A DNA stretch of 37,602 bases from Alphaproteobacteria bacterium (GTDB lineage: Bacteria > Pseudomonadota > Alphaproteobacteria > 43-37). Shown piece after piece: positions 27,058-37,420 of this stretch. The stretch's first letter is position 1; every line of letters begins with the position of its first letter. The stretch is from NCBI GenBank assembly GCA_947488045.1, contig CANLAL010000001.1, forward strand, positions 1-37,602, given 5' to 3'. A program made the position numbers and the translations under genes. The notes under the pieces were generated by a model. That model did not search any database. It was not told the DNA's origin and worked only from the letters and a program-made list of their open reading frames with translations.

Positions 27058-28890
27058 ATGTGTGGCATTATTGGGATTACGAGCACAAAACCTGTGACTC
27101 AACGTATTGTAGATGGCCTCAAACGCTTGGAGTATCGTGGGTATGATTCCGCGGGTGTGGCCACACTTGAATCTGGCCATATTAATACACGTCGGTCTGC
27201 TGGTAAAATTGCAAACCTCCAAAGCGTCGTTGATGCGCATCCCTTGCATGGCCACATTGGCATTGGCCATATTCGTTGGGCCACCCATGGTGCACCTACT
27301 GAGAACAACGCACACCCCATCAGCAATGGAAAATTAAGCATTGTACACAATGGTATTATCGAGAATTTTGCCCAACTTCGGGAACAACTCACGGCTAAAG
27401 GACATGTCTTCCATAGCCAGACAGATACTGAGTCTATTGTGCATCTCATTACAGACCATTTGGATCATGGATCGAGCCCAAAGGAAGCCCTTCATAAAGC
27501 TTTGAACCAACTGGAAGGTGCCTTTGCCATTGGAGTTTTGTTCGAAGGACACGATCTTCTGTTAGGTGCCCGAAGGGGAAGCCCCTTAGTCATTGGTGTG
27601 GGTGAGGAAGAAATGTTTTTAGGGTCAGATGCTTTAGGGCTGGCACCCTATACAGATCGCCTGATCTACCTTGAAGAAGGGGATTGGGTTATCCTAAAAT
27701 CCAACAGCTATCAAATTTATGATCATAATGCTGCCCCTATCACCCGACCTATTGTGCATATTCCCACAGATAATTTTCAAATTGCAAAGGATGGATTTGC
27801 ACATTTCATGTTGAAAGAGATTCATGAACAACCCAGTGTCATTGGACAATCTCTTTCCAATGTTTTGGACCCTTGCTCCCGCTTACCTTCGTTTGAAGGG
27901 CTTAATTTTCCTCAAGTTAATGCTTTTGATACGATAAACATTGTTGCTTGTGGCACATCTCATTATGCGGCAATGGTGGCTAAATACTGGCTTGAAGGTC
28001 TTGCACACTTGCGTGTGAATGTGGACATGGCATCAGAGTTTCGATATCGTAAACCCACATTAATTTCAAATGACATCTGCTTATTCATCTCCCAATCCGG
28101 AGAGACCGCCGATACGCTCGCTGCCCTTAAACACGCTAAGGCGCATGGGCAATTTTGTATCGCCTTGGTGAATGTGGCAACCAGCTCCATGGCACGGGAA
28201 GCTGATGCGGTCATTCTCACCGATGCGGGGGTTGAAGTGGGTGTCGCCTCCACTAAAGCATTTACGTGTCAACTCATTGTTTTAGCAACGCTTAGCTTAG
28301 CTTTAAGCCTCCAAACCAAAGCATCCTCACCTGAGCAAGTGACCGTCCATGTTGAAGCACTGACTCACGTGCCGACACTCATGGGGCAACTTCTGACTCA
28401 AACAGAAACGTATAGCCAAATAGCACGCAAATGGCTTATGGGGGCAAAGGACATCCTTTATATTGGTCGCGGCACCCTTTTCCCCATGGCTTTAGAAGGC
28501 GCATTGAAACTCAAGGAACTTTCTTACATTCATGCGGAAGGCTTTCCGGCCGGCGAGCTCAAACACGGCCCCATTGCCCTCATTGACCAAGATCTACCTG
28601 TTATCGTATTAGCGCCACATGATCATTTATTTGATAAAACTCTCTCGAATGCTTTTGAAGTTTTGGCACGAGGAGCCCGGGTTATTTTACTCACAGATAC
28701 TATTGGTGCAAAAAAGATTACTCAAATCAATGATCACATCATTGTAATAACACTGATCGAAACAACAGACCTGACTGCACCCCTCCTTTATGCTTTGCCT
28801 TTACAGCTGCTGGCCTACTATACCGCCTTGCATAAGGGAACTGATGTGGATCAACCCAGAAACCTGGCGAAATCCGTTACTGTGGAATAA
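27058..28890 (+). CDS. glmS: glutamine--fructose-6-phosphate aminotransferase (isomerizing)
   Basis: 610 aa with the N-terminal nucleophile MCGIIGI, two SIS domains and the canonical C-terminus PRNLAKSVTVE. Confidence 0.96.
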   Translation: MCGIIGITSTKPVTQRIVDGLKRLEYRGYDSAGVATLESGHINTRRSAGKIANLQSVVDAHPLHGHIGIGHIRWATHGAPTENNAHPISNGKLSIVHNGIIENFAQLREQLTAKGHVFHSQTDTESIVHLITDHLDHGSSPKEALHKALNQLEGAFAIGVLFEGHDLLLGARRGSPLVIGVGEEEMFLGSDALGLAPYTDRLIYLEEGDWVILKSNSYQIYDHNAAPITRPIVHIPTDNFQIAKDGFAHFMLKEIHEQPSVIGQSLSNVLDPCSRLPSFEGLNFPQVNAFDTINIVACGTSHYAAMVAKYWLEGLAHLRVNVDMASEFRYRKPTLISNDICLFISQSGETADTLAALKHAKAHGQFCIALVNVATSSMAREADAVILTDAGVEVGVASTKAFTCQLIVLATLSLALSLQTKASSPEQVTVHVEALTHVPTLMGQLLTQTETYSQIARKWLMGAKDILYIGRGTLFPMALEGALKLKELSYIHAEGFPAGELKHGPIALIDQDLPVIVLAPHDHLFDKTLSNAFEVLARGARVILLTDTIGAKKITQINDHIIVITLIETTDLTAPLLYALPLQLLAYYTALHKGTDVDQPRNLAKSVTVE

Positions 28891-28934
28891 TATAAGCGAC
28901 TTACCTCCTGTATCCTCAAACGCTCTTTCCTGGC

Positions 28935-29381
28935 TCAATTTATTGCTTTGTATTGTTTTTTAAATTTCCGGACTTGGGCGTAGAACTGCTGCAACTGAAT
29001 AAGCAGAGGAATGATCCGCTGCTTATCTTGAGTTGTCGGCAAAAAGGTGTTTAATGGGGCGTCCACATATCGCCCCACCAACGCACGATCTGCAGGCGGA
29101 ATCATTAAACATAAGCACCGCCAGCAATGAAGAATCCAGACAGCCTCTTCATGATCAAAAGGCTCTGTGGCATGACACGGAGGTTGATCCACTCGCATGA
29201 AGGATGCTTTCTTTAAAGAAGGAGCCCCCATGAGTCCCATTGCTCTTCTATTAAGTGATCGATAGAAATGAGCCGCCCGTCGCATGGCGGGTTTAATATC
29301 CCCTCTCTCAAGCATCTCATCTAGTAAAGACTGAGAAATCTCATTCCTGACCGTTAAGTCAGGTGACTGTAATTGACCCAT
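28935..29381 (-). CDS. orphan Cys/His/Trp-containing protein, translationally coupled to the upstream HTH gene
   Basis: 148 aa from ATG 29381. A GTG at 29384 abuts the upstream TAA at 29385-29387. GGAG lies 9 nt upstream of the ATG. It contains AVWILHCWRCLCLMIPPADRALVGRYV. I recognise no family. Confidence 0.55.
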   Translation of the reverse strand: MGQLQSPDLTVRNEISQSLLDEMLERGDIKPAMRRAAHFYRSLNRRAMGLMGAPSLKKASFMRVDQPPCHATEPFDHEEAVWILHCWRCLCLMIPPADRALVGRYVDAPLNTFLPTTQDKQRIIPLLIQLQQFYAQVRKFKKQYKAIN

Positions 29382-29384
29382 CAC

Positions 29385-29912
29385 TTAAAACTCCGTGATC
29401 TCAAGAACATGAAAAATAGGAAGCCCTAAAGATAGCCTCAGTCGATTCGCCTCAACAACAACGCCATAAGCAGGCATTAAACGGCCTTTAAAATAATAAA
29501 GAGGTTGTTGCTGTTGGTCTGGTAAACGATATTGTGTTTTTGTGACTTTGATATTTTTTAAATTAAGCCAATTTTGTAATGATTGAAAATCTATCTGTGT
29601 GGGAAAACTTTCTAAATGACTTTTAGAAGATTTAACCTTTTGCTGCCGCAGAACGGTTACACAGGGTCTTGTCGTTTTTTCTCTAGAATGTTTGATATGT
29701 GTACGCACACGCAGCCCATAACGATCCAATGCGCTACTTATACTCATGGGCGTTCGCCCCATCGTTTTAGCCATTTCTTTCAAACTTAAGAAGTTCGTTG
29801 ATAAAACTTTAAGTCTGGATACATCTTGCTTAGACCATTTTATGTATGGATATTTTTGCTCTGCTATTGCGAGTGTAGATTCGGTGTTCATGTAATTGAG
29901 TTTGATTCCCAT
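29385..29912 (-). CDS. GcrA-like N-terminal HTH domain protein with unrelated C-terminal half
   Basis: 175 aa. WSKQDVSRLKVLSTNFLSLKEMAKTMGRTPMSISSALDRYGL follows the GcrA N-domain pattern as I recall it from Caulobacter (W-T-D-E-R-V..LKKLW..GLSASQIA..LG.VTRNAVIGKVHRLGL). The GcrA C-terminal Cys motif (CKWPIGDP..FCG) is absent. Confidence 0.55.
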   Translation of the reverse strand: MGIKLNYMNTESTLAIAEQKYPYIKWSKQDVSRLKVLSTNFLSLKEMAKTMGRTPMSISSALDRYGLRVRTHIKHSREKTTRPCVTVLRQQKVKSSKSHLESFPTQIDFQSLQNWLNLKNIKVTKTQYRLPDQQQQPLYYFKGRLMPAYGVVVEANRLRLSLGLPIFHVLEITEF

Positions 29913-29934
29913 GTTTTTTTCATCACTTTTTAGT

Positions 29935-29961
29935 AGTTAAAACAAATGCCCCTTGCGGGGC
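29935..29961 (-). terminator. hairpin terminator downstream of ihfA
   Basis: gcccc-ttgc-ggggc at 29948-29961. On the minus strand it is followed by ATTTGTTTTAA. Confidence 0.5.
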
Positions 29962-30084
29962 TAATATTGTGGGATTATGGATGGGTGCATTATTATGCTT
30001 TAAACCATCCTGTGATGACTCAATTTATTATTAACGGGCAAACATATACACTTATAAAATACAATGTCAATAAAAACTTAATAT

Positions 30085-30483
30085 TTAATCGTTTTCTAAA
30101 GAGCCTGATTTTGCATGCCCCTTTTGATATCGCGCTACAGGATAACTCACGTACATATTTTCTTTCTGTACGCCTCCTTTAACCGCCGAGAAAGACTTCT
30201 CCACTTGATGCTTTAGAATATTAGACGGTTTAAATACAACGACTCTGCGCGCTGTAATCACCGCATCATCCCCAGTCTTGGGATTGCGGCCCATACGACT
30301 TTTTTTCTGGCGCACTAAAAACGACCCAAATGAAGAAATTTTAATGGACGAACCTGTCTCTAGCTCCCCTGTCAGGATACGAAAAAAGCTCCTTAAAAGC
30401 AGTGCAACCTCATGCTTTTGCAAGGAACTATACCTCACTGCAGCATCAACAAGATCTGCACGTGTCAATGTTTGAGTATTCAT
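30085..30483 (-). CDS. ihfA: integration host factor subunit alpha, with ~35-aa C-terminal extension
   Basis: 132 aa. TLTRADLVDAAV...IKISSFGSFLVRQKKSRMGRNPKTGDDAVITARRVVVFKPSNILKHQV matches the IHF-alpha pattern. The tail EKSFSAVKGGVQKENMYVSYPVARYQKGHAKSGSLEND lies beyond the usual end. Confidence 0.85.
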   Translation of the reverse strand: MNTQTLTRADLVDAAVRYSSLQKHEVALLLRSFFRILTGELETGSSIKISSFGSFLVRQKKSRMGRNPKTGDDAVITARRVVVFKPSNILKHQVEKSFSAVKGGVQKENMYVSYPVARYQKGHAKSGSLEND

Positions 30484-30748
30484 TTCAATTACCTCCTATT
30501 GGTAAAAAATTGATTTCGTCAAATAAAATATAATAAAAACTATCTATATTTTCAATTATTATTATAAAATTACTTAAATTTCTATATTTTAAAATTAAAA
30601 ACCAATATTTAACTTCTATCTTACTGCATAATTATAGATATTTATTATGAAATTTGAGTTGAAGAGATCCTCCATTTTCTATAAGCAGCACCAACCCCCA
30701 TCAATAGATTATGGCTATAACTTGGCCGGGGAATATTAAATGAAAATT

Positions 30749-31930
30749 TTAATGCTGAGGATAGAAAATACGCAAACCAATATACGTAAGAAACGCCAAA
30801 GAGCTACTCGCCACCATACACGCAAGTAAAGGCCATAAAGTCCCATCATAATAGTGCGTTGATTGATTGATATACAGTGCGCCTACCAACAGCTGACCAC
30901 AGGTTATCATAGCTGCACCAGAACCTGATTCATGCCCTGCATTCTCCAAAGCACGCGTCATGGCATTACTTGTGGTAAGAGCAGCCCCAAACTGAGCGGG
31001 AGCTTTCACAAGGGCTAGCAAATATGGGTTTAAAGGAAGGAAGGCTTGCATCAAGGTCAAAAGCAAAATATCTAGAAGAACAATCACAATTCCCGTAATC
31101 ATCAGACGGTTAATACCCAATCTGCGTACCATCAATTGATTGACAATCGTCCCAATAAAAAAGGCAAGCACATTCAAACAAAGGAAGTATCCAAAGTTTC
31201 CTGCCGGAACATGGAGTGCCTCAATAAAGAGAAAGGGGATAGTTGCATACTCACCCCACAGCCATGCGATTGTAAGCACATTAATAATACCAAAACCTAA
31301 ATATTTAGGGCGCGTCAATAAATGTGCGTACCCGCTGAACAAATTCCTAAAGGAAAAATTCTGACGGTTGATAACCAAGTTGGTCTCAGGATAAAATCGC
31401 CAAATCACCATAAAGCAAATAAATGCCAAAAGGCCCAAAAGCCAAAAGGCCGTCCGCCAAGTGGCAAATCCAATGGTTGCACTCGCTACAATAGGGGCCA
31501 AACCTGGCGAAATTCCCATAATCATCTCCACTTGAGATGTGCGGCGGGCACTTTCAACCCCTTGAAAGCGATCGCGGATGGTGGCCATACCTACCACAAA
31601 GCAGGCGCCTCCTCCTAATCCTTGAAGAAAGCGCAGTGCAATAAGATTAGGGAATGAGGTTACAAATCCACATAAAACACTGGAAATACAGTAAATGGAA
31701 AATCCAATAATGATCATACGTCTGCGCCCATAATGATCAGATAGGGGGCCATACAGAAGTGCGGCTGTTGCCAAAGCTATAAAATTAATGCTTAAAATTA
31801 GGCTTGTTGAATGCTCTGAGATTTGAAAGTCATTGCCAATTACCGGTAGCCATGCCGTTAGCATATCCGTCGACATCTCTGTGACCGCAATCAGTGCGCC
31901 AATAAGCAGGGGAAGAATGGCAATGGGCAT
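30749..31930 (-). CDS. MFS transporter, Bcr/CflA-type drug resistance family
   Basis: 393 aa with about 12 TM segments and MFS motif A (GPLSDHYGRRRMIIIG). The N-terminus is typical of Bcr/CflA (TEMSTDMLTAWLPVIGNDF). Confidence 0.85.
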   Translation of the reverse strand: MPIAILPLLIGALIAVTEMSTDMLTAWLPVIGNDFQISEHSTSLILSINFIALATAALLYGPLSDHYGRRRMIIIGFSIYCISSVLCGFVTSFPNLIALRFLQGLGGGACFVVGMATIRDRFQGVESARRTSQVEMIMGISPGLAPIVASATIGFATWRTAFWLLGLLAFICFMVIWRFYPETNLVINRQNFSFRNLFSGYAHLLTRPKYLGFGIINVLTIAWLWGEYATIPFLFIEALHVPAGNFGYFLCLNVLAFFIGTIVNQLMVRRLGINRLMITGIVIVLLDILLLTLMQAFLPLNPYLLALVKAPAQFGAALTTSNAMTRALENAGHESGSGAAMITCGQLLVGALYINQSTHYYDGTLWPLLACMVASSSLAFLTYIGLRIFYPQH

Positions 31931-32244
31931 CTAGTATGCGGCCTCCTATGAAATTGCTAACGAAAACCTGAGAAAAAACGAATCATGAAACCCTCGTAAA
32001 AATCATTTCATTCTTTTATAGTCTATACCATGAATTTGCAAACATTCTCTTTACATTTTTTGCAGAAGTTTTTAACCAAAGTTGACAGTCCAAACGTAAG
32101 CGCTTTTATCCCTAGTAAAAAGGGGCAGTAATCAAGAAAATTGTGGCATTTCCAGACAAGTATGGCTATGATTTTCCCACGGTATTAAAAATGGTTTGAT
32201 GCCACTGGTGCAGTTGTATTTTTATAAAATAAAAGAGTTGCTAA

Positions 32245-35058
32245 ATGTCACACACGCGATCCCTTTCTCTCAACCTGCTCAATAGCGATCTTTCTTATCT
32301 GACCACACTTTATTTACAATTTTTAAACGATCCTAAAAGTGTGGATGCAGGTGTCGCTAGCTTTTTTAGAGATTTGGGAGACGAAGCGAAGGATTTGCTG
32401 CGTCAAGCTAAAGGGCCAAGCTGGACACCTCATTTTAAGCCAGAAATACAGGACCCTTTTGCACCTGAAGCCCCAACACCTTCAAAAAAACCAGATTCCA
32501 AAGGAGCGTCATCAGATGCAACCATCAAAAGCCTTACACTTGCTCTTAAGACCCTACAACTGATTGAATCCTATCGTCAATTTGGCCATTTGGCAGTCAC
32601 GTTAGACCCTTTAGGCATAGAAAGTCCTGTTGGACATCCAGAGTTAAATCCTAGTTTTTATGGCATTCAAGAGACAGACTTGGCCACCCCCATTCAATTG
32701 ATTCCCTTTTTTGGTGAAGAGCCCATCACAGTAGGGCAAGCCATTACTTGGATCAAAAGTATCTACACAGCGTCTATTGCCTATGATTATGCCCACATCA
32801 CGGATAGTGCTAAACGCCAATGGCTCATGACTCACATTGAGCATCCTCAGAGAGATCTTACCCAACCTGAGCGCACTCACATTCTTGAAGGCCTCTCAAA
32901 GGCTGAGCAATTTGAGCGATTTTTATCAATAAAATTTCCGGGAGCCAAACGTTTTGGCTTGGAAGGTGGCGACAGCATGATCCCACTTTTGGAAACTGTG
33001 TTGGCTACCCATGCAGGGCATGGCATACAAGAGTCAGTTATTGGTATGGCTCATCGGGGCCGACTGAACGTGCTGACTAATGTCATGAATAAGCCCTATG
33101 CTGCTGTTTTATCCGAATTCACTTTTGGTGTTCCCGTTCACAGTCACTTAAACAGCTCTGGTGATGTAAAATATCATATGGGTGCTTCTACAGATCGATC
33201 TTTCAATGGCCATCCCATGCATCTTACCTTAATGCCGAACCCTTCCCATTTGGAGGCAGTAAACCCTGTAGCCATGGGGAAAATACGCGGCCGAGCAGAT
33301 GACTTAGGACGAGACAAGGTCTTGTGCGTCTTAATCCATGGAGATGCCGCTTTTGCCGGCCAGGGGCTTGTAGCCGAATGTTTGGCCATGTCCACCTTAG
33401 CAGGGTATACGGTGGGGGGAACCTTTCACATTGTCATCAATAACCAAGTTGGGTTTACTACCAATCCCTCCTGCTCCCGTTCTTCTTCCTATACTACTGA
33501 TGTGGCAAAAGGGTTGGATATTCCAGTTTTTCATGTGAATGGTGATGATCCTGAAGCTGTGATTCGAGCGGGGTGGCTTGCTTGTGAATACCGCCATCAC
33601 TTTAAATCGGATGTGATCATCGATTTAGTGTGCTATCGCCGCCATGGTCATAATGAGATGGATGAACCAGCATTTACCCAGCCCAAAATGTATGAGCATA
33701 TTGCCAAGCACCCTACACCACGGGTTTTGTATGCAGAGCAATTGGCGGAACGTGGCTTTTTAGACAAAAATCAGAGCGATGCCATCAAAACCGAGATAGA
33801 AGCGACTTTAAATAAAGCTTTCTCACAGATTGAAACCTTTAAAAATCCTGAGCCAGATTGGCTTAAGGGCAGATGGTCTAAAATCAAGCCAGAGGAGGAC
33901 CGTCAAACTCCCATCACAGGCGTTGCTTTAGACCACCTGAAAAAGGACATGGACACTCTCACTCATATTCCCGAAGGTTTTACACTCAACGCCAAGATTG
34001 CACGATTACAAGATCAAAAGAAGCAAGCCATGTCGGCACAAATGGGACTAGACTGGGCCATGGGTGAGGCTTTAGCCTTTTCTTCCTTGCTCAGGGAGGG
34101 ACATAAAGTCCGTCTCACGGGCCAAGATTGCCAACGAGGAACGTTCACTCACCGTCATTGCGTGTGGACAGATCAAATCACAGAAAAACCATTTTCTCCT
34201 TTTGACGCTTTAGCCAGTAAACCTGGACAATTTGAAGTGGTAAATAGCCTTTTATCTGAAGCAGCAGTTTTGGGATATGAGTATGGTTACGCCTACAACA
34301 GCCCCGATGCATTGGTCATGTGGGAAGCTCAGTTTGGTGATTTTGCCAATGGCGCTCAAGTGATGATAGACCAATTCATCGGCGCAGGTGAATCGAAGTG
34401 GCTTCGCAAAAATGGTATTGTGCTGCTTTTGCCTCACGGGTATGAAGGCCAAGGACCAGAGCATTCATCCGCGCGCTTAGAACGTTTTTTACAAATGTGT
34501 GCTCAAGGCAATATGCGTGTGGTTAACTGCACCACACCTGCCAATATCTTTCATGTCTTACGTCGCCAAGTCCATAGCCAAACGAGGAAACCTCTTGTGG
34601 TGATGACACCAAAGTCGCTCTTGCGTTTGAAGACGGCCGTCTCTCCTCTGGCGGATTTTGGACCTAACACTACCTTTCAATCGGTTTTGGCATCAAGCAT
34701 TTCAAAAGATGTAGAGCGGGTTATTTTCTGCTCGGGCAAAGTGTATTACGACTTAGCTGCGTATGTTGAAACCTCAGGGGCGTCTGGCAAAGTAGCACTG
34801 GTGCGTTTAGAGCAGCTTTATCCCTTCCCTGAAGCTGAAATTGCTGCAATTTTAAAACCACTGAGCCAGAAAAAAATCGTCTGGTGCCAGGAAGAGCCCG
34901 CTAACATGGGTGCGTGGTCCTTTATTGCGCCGCGTCTTTCAGCCTATGGACCCGTGACTTATGCAGGGCGGCCTGAAGCCGCATCACCCGCCACGGGATC
35001 TGATAAAATTCACGCCAAAGAACAGCAGGCGCTTGTTGAAGCGGCTGTAAATGGATAA
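32245..35058 (+). CDS. sucA: 2-oxoglutarate dehydrogenase E1 component
   Basis: 937 aa, with the length and motifs ([35 protein letters not shown]) of SucA. sucB follows directly. Confidence 0.96.
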   Translation: MSHTRSLSLNLLNSDLSYLTTLYLQFLNDPKSVDAGVASFFRDLGDEAKDLLRQAKGPSWTPHFKPEIQDPFAPEAPTPSKKPDSKGASSDATIKSLTLALKTLQLIESYRQFGHLAVTLDPLGIESPVGHPELNPSFYGIQETDLATPIQLIPFFGEEPITVGQAITWIKSIYTASIAYDYAHITDSAKRQWLMTHIEHPQRDLTQPERTHILEGLSKAEQFERFLSIKFPGAKRFGLEGGDSMIPLLETVLATHAGHGIQESVIGMAHRGRLNVLTNVMNKPYAAVLSEFTFGVPVHSHLNSSGDVKYHMGASTDRSFNGHPMHLTLMPNPSHLEAVNPVAMGKIRGRADDLGRDKVLCVLIHGDAAFAGQGLVAECLAMSTLAGYTVGGTFHIVINNQVGFTTNPSCSRSSSYTTDVAKGLDIPVFHVNGDDPEAVIRAGWLACEYRHHFKSDVIIDLVCYRRHGHNEMDEPAFTQPKMYEHIAKHPTPRVLYAEQLAERGFLDKNQSDAIKTEIEATLNKAFSQIETFKNPEPDWLKGRWSKIKPEEDRQTPITGVALDHLKKDMDTLTHIPEGFTLNAKIARLQDQKKQAMSAQMGLDWAMGEALAFSSLLREGHKVRLTGQDCQRGTFTHRHCVWTDQITEKPFSPFDALASKPGQFEVVNSLLSEAAVLGYEYGYAYNSPDALVMWEAQFGDFANGAQVMIDQFIGAGESKWLRKNGIVLLLPHGYEGQGPEHSSARLERFLQMCAQGNMRVVNCTTPANIFHVLRRQVHSQTRKPLVVMTPKSLLRLKTAVSPLADFGPNTTFQSVLASSISKDVERVIFCSGKVYYDLAAYVETSGASGKVALVRLEQLYPFPEAEIAAILKPLSQKKIVWCQEEPANMGAWSFIAPRLSAYGPVTYAGRPEAASPATGSDKIHAKEQQALVEAAVNG

Positions 35059-35090
35059 GATCAAAAATACGAACATCAATAGAGGATAGT

Positions 35091-36254
35091 ATGGCAACAG
35101 AAATTAAAGTTCCCGCATTGGGCGAATCAGTCACCGAAGCCACCGTTGCACGCTGGCTTAAACAACCCGGTGAAGCCGTCATCGCAGATGAGCCTTTAGT
35201 GGAGCTAGAAACGGATAAAGTCACATTAGAGGTTTTTGCGCCCGTCACAGGAAAACTTGTGTCCATTCAGGCTCCTACCGGTCAAACGGTTAACGTGGGC
35301 GCCCTTCTTGGAACTGTGGAAGCAGGTGCAGCTGGCACAACTGCTGCAGCAAAGCCTTCAGAAAAAGCTACCTCCGCTGCTGCACCTACAAAAGCTGCAC
35401 ATGCAACTGAAAGCGCGTTGGCACCCTCCGTACGTAAACTGGTTGTTGAACATCATATTGAACCCTCACAGGTGGCTGGCTCCGGAAAAGACGGCCGCTT
35501 AACTAAGGGGGATGTCCTCTCTCACATGAGTGGGAGTAGCTGTGCGCCCACCACACGTCAAGTGGAACGTGTCCCTATGACACGCCTGCGTAAGCGTATT
35601 GCTGAACGATTGAAGTCCGCCCAAAATACAGCAGCCATTTTGACCACATTTAATGAAGTGGATATGTCTGCTGTAATGGATGTGCGCAATCGTTTGAAGG
35701 AGCGATTTGAGAAAAGACACGGCACAAAACTAGGTTTCATGTCTTTTTTTGTAAAAGCCTGCACGACAGCCTTAAAAGAAATTCCTGCCGTTAATGCCCA
35801 GATTGACGGAGATGATTTGGTTTACAGTAGCTATTGCGACATGGGCATTGCTGTGGGTACGCCTCAAGGGCTGGTGGTTCCCATTGTCCGCAATGCAGAT
35901 CAAATGTCTTTCGCTCAAATCGAATCTGCTATTGCTGCCTATGGCCAAAAAGCTAAAGATGGGAAACTTTCCATGGAGGATATGACCGGCGGTACATTCA
36001 CCATTTCTAATGGAGGAACTTATGGCTCCTTGATGTCCACCCCTATTTTGAATCCCCCACAGTCAGCTATTTTAGGCATGCATAAGATTCAAGAACGGCC
36101 CATGGTCGTTAACGGACAAATTGTCATTCGACCAATGATGTATTTGGCGCTTTCTTATGATCATCGCGTCATTGATGGAAAAGAGGCTGTGACCTTCCTG
36201 GTACGCGTCAAAGAATGCTTAGAAGACCCCGAAAGGATACTCATTGAAGCTTAA
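35091..36254 (+). CDS. sucB: dihydrolipoyllysine-residue succinyltransferase (2-oxoglutarate dehydrogenase E2)
   Basis: 387 aa. It has a lipoyl domain ([13 protein letters not shown]), an Ala-rich linker, an E3-binding domain and the catalytic motif [10 protein letters not shown]. Confidence 0.95.
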   Translation: MATEIKVPALGESVTEATVARWLKQPGEAVIADEPLVELETDKVTLEVFAPVTGKLVSIQAPTGQTVNVGALLGTVEAGAAGTTAAAKPSEKATSAAAPTKAAHATESALAPSVRKLVVEHHIEPSQVAGSGKDGRLTKGDVLSHMSGSSCAPTTRQVERVPMTRLRKRIAERLKSAQNTAAILTTFNEVDMSAVMDVRNRLKERFEKRHGTKLGFMSFFVKACTTALKEIPAVNAQIDGDDLVYSSYCDMGIAVGTPQGLVVPIVRNADQMSFAQIESAIAAYGQKAKDGKLSMEDMTGGTFTISNGGTYGSLMSTPILNPPQSAILGMHKIQERPMVVNGQIVIRPMMYLALSYDHRVIDGKEAVTFLVRVKECLEDPERILIEA

Positions 36255-36262
36255 ATTGAAAA

Positions 36263-36289
36263 GCGGAGTCTCCTGTTTGAAGACTCCGC
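36263..36289. terminator. 9-bp-stem hairpin between convergent sucB and the 36400..36792 ORF
   Basis: gcggagtct (36263-36271) pairs with agactccgc (36281-36289). The U-tract (TTTTCAATTT) is present only on the minus-strand side. On the plus side the hairpin starts 9 nt after the sucB stop but has no T-run. Confidence 0.5.
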
Positions 36290-36399
36290 ATCGCAAGAAA
36301 AGTTCAGGGTCAATAACTGTAAGCCGCGGCTAATTGAATATTTTCCTCACTTAGTTTAGCTGATATTCAGCATGATATAAGCACGTGGCACCCTTTTAT

Positions 36400-36792
36400 C
36401 TAAGTTGCTGCACGTATTCTTGCTATCAATTCAACTACGGATGCTTCAGACATTCTGTTTGCAGATGACGCAGCTTCAGCTAAAATTTCCAACAATTCAG
36501 CTAAAGTAGCTTCTGACCCGCTTTCAAGAAATGCTGATAGTGTTGTTTCAGATAATGTTGGGTTACATAACCCTGCGTCATATAATTTTGGAGAACAATC
36601 CGACCTTATGTAATCTTGAGGCGCATCAGCCTGCTTCTGAAGTATTGCAGGACAATCATGCTTTAAATATTGTTGGTAGGCTATATCCTGAATGCTTTCG
36701 TCACTGACTGAAGATCCTGGTGAAGCCGTAGATATTGACAATGCACTAAGCACTACTAGGAATAACTTGGAAACTGTTGATATACATTTCAT
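36400..36792 (-). CDS. small secreted orphan protein
   Basis: About 130 aa from the internal ATG (MKCISTVSKLFLVVLSALSISTASPG signal peptide). It has 3 mature Cys and an acidic helical C-terminal half. I recognise no family. Confidence 0.5.
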   Translation of the reverse strand: MKCISTVSKLFLVVLSALSISTASPGSSVSDESIQDIAYQQYLKHDCPAILQKQADAPQDYIRSDCSPKLYDAGLCNPTLSETTLSAFLESGSEATLAELLEILAEAASSANRMSEASVVELIARIRAAT

Positions 36793-36934
36793 TTTTAAAA
36801 TCCTTAACCATAAATAAACTTTTTGAATATTTTTCACGCGAAAAACAAGCTGTTTTATATTGCAAAAGAATAACTCTACAAGAAAACATACAAATGATAG
36901 TGTGGTTTCATGGGAGAATAGAACAGGATAGTTA

Positions 36935-36959
36935 TAAAAAAAGGGGGCTAGCAGCCCCC
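36935..36959 (-). terminator. rho-independent terminator after rplQ
   Basis: The minus strand reads GGGGGC-TGCTA-GCCCCC followed by T7. Confidence 0.85.
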
Positions 36960-36983
36960 CTGATCTTTAATTATAAATAAATA

Positions 36984-37403
36984 TTATGCAGCTGATTCTT
37001 CTATTGTTTGACCGTTAGTGTTGTCATAAGAACCCTTTGCATTCACATCACGATCAACAAACTCAATCACGGCCATCGGCGCCATGTCCCCATAACGGAA
37101 GCCGGCCTTGAGAATACGCAAGTAACCGCCCATGCGGGTTTTATAACGAGGTGCCAAAGTTGAAATCAACTTTTCAGCCAAGTCTTTGTCTTGCAATTGA
37201 CTAATCAGTTGACGGCGTGCATGCAAATCAGCCCGCTTTGCCAACGTGATGAGTTTCTCGACCACAGGCCTTAAGTCCTTTGCTTTAGGCAAAGTTGTGG
37301 TGATTTGCTCATTCTTGATGAGCGCATGAGACAAATTCTTGAACATGGCCTTACGATGGCTTGATGTACGATTAAATTTACGTCCAGACATACCGTGGCG
37401 CAT
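36984..37403 (-). CDS. rplQ: 50S ribosomal protein L17
   Basis: 139 aa starting [24 protein letters not shown]. It lies downstream of rpoA, as in the alpha operon. Confidence 0.96.
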   Translation of the reverse strand: MRHGMSGRKFNRTSSHRKAMFKNLSHALIKNEQITTTLPKAKDLRPVVEKLITLAKRADLHARRQLISQLQDKDLAEKLISTLAPRYKTRMGGYLRILKAGFRYGDMAPMAVIEFVDRDVNAKGSYDNTNGQTIEESAA

Positions 37404-37420
37404 TTTATAATTCTCCTAAT

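Noticed and set aside
27099-27449. Long antisense or alternative-frame ORFs inside glmS, and similar ones inside murE, rsmH, lon, sucA, sucB, uppP and glmU
   Set aside because: They lie entirely within well-supported conserved genes and have no start context. Their composition is the mirror of the real frame, so they are shadow ORFs.
28891-28934. Possible Tn7-type transposon end at the attTn7 position after glmS
   Set aside because: I could not find a terminal TGT..ACA end with arrayed ~22-bp TnsB-type repeats, a 5-bp target duplication or any tns gene. Only the hot-spot location is suggestive, and that is noted in a finding.
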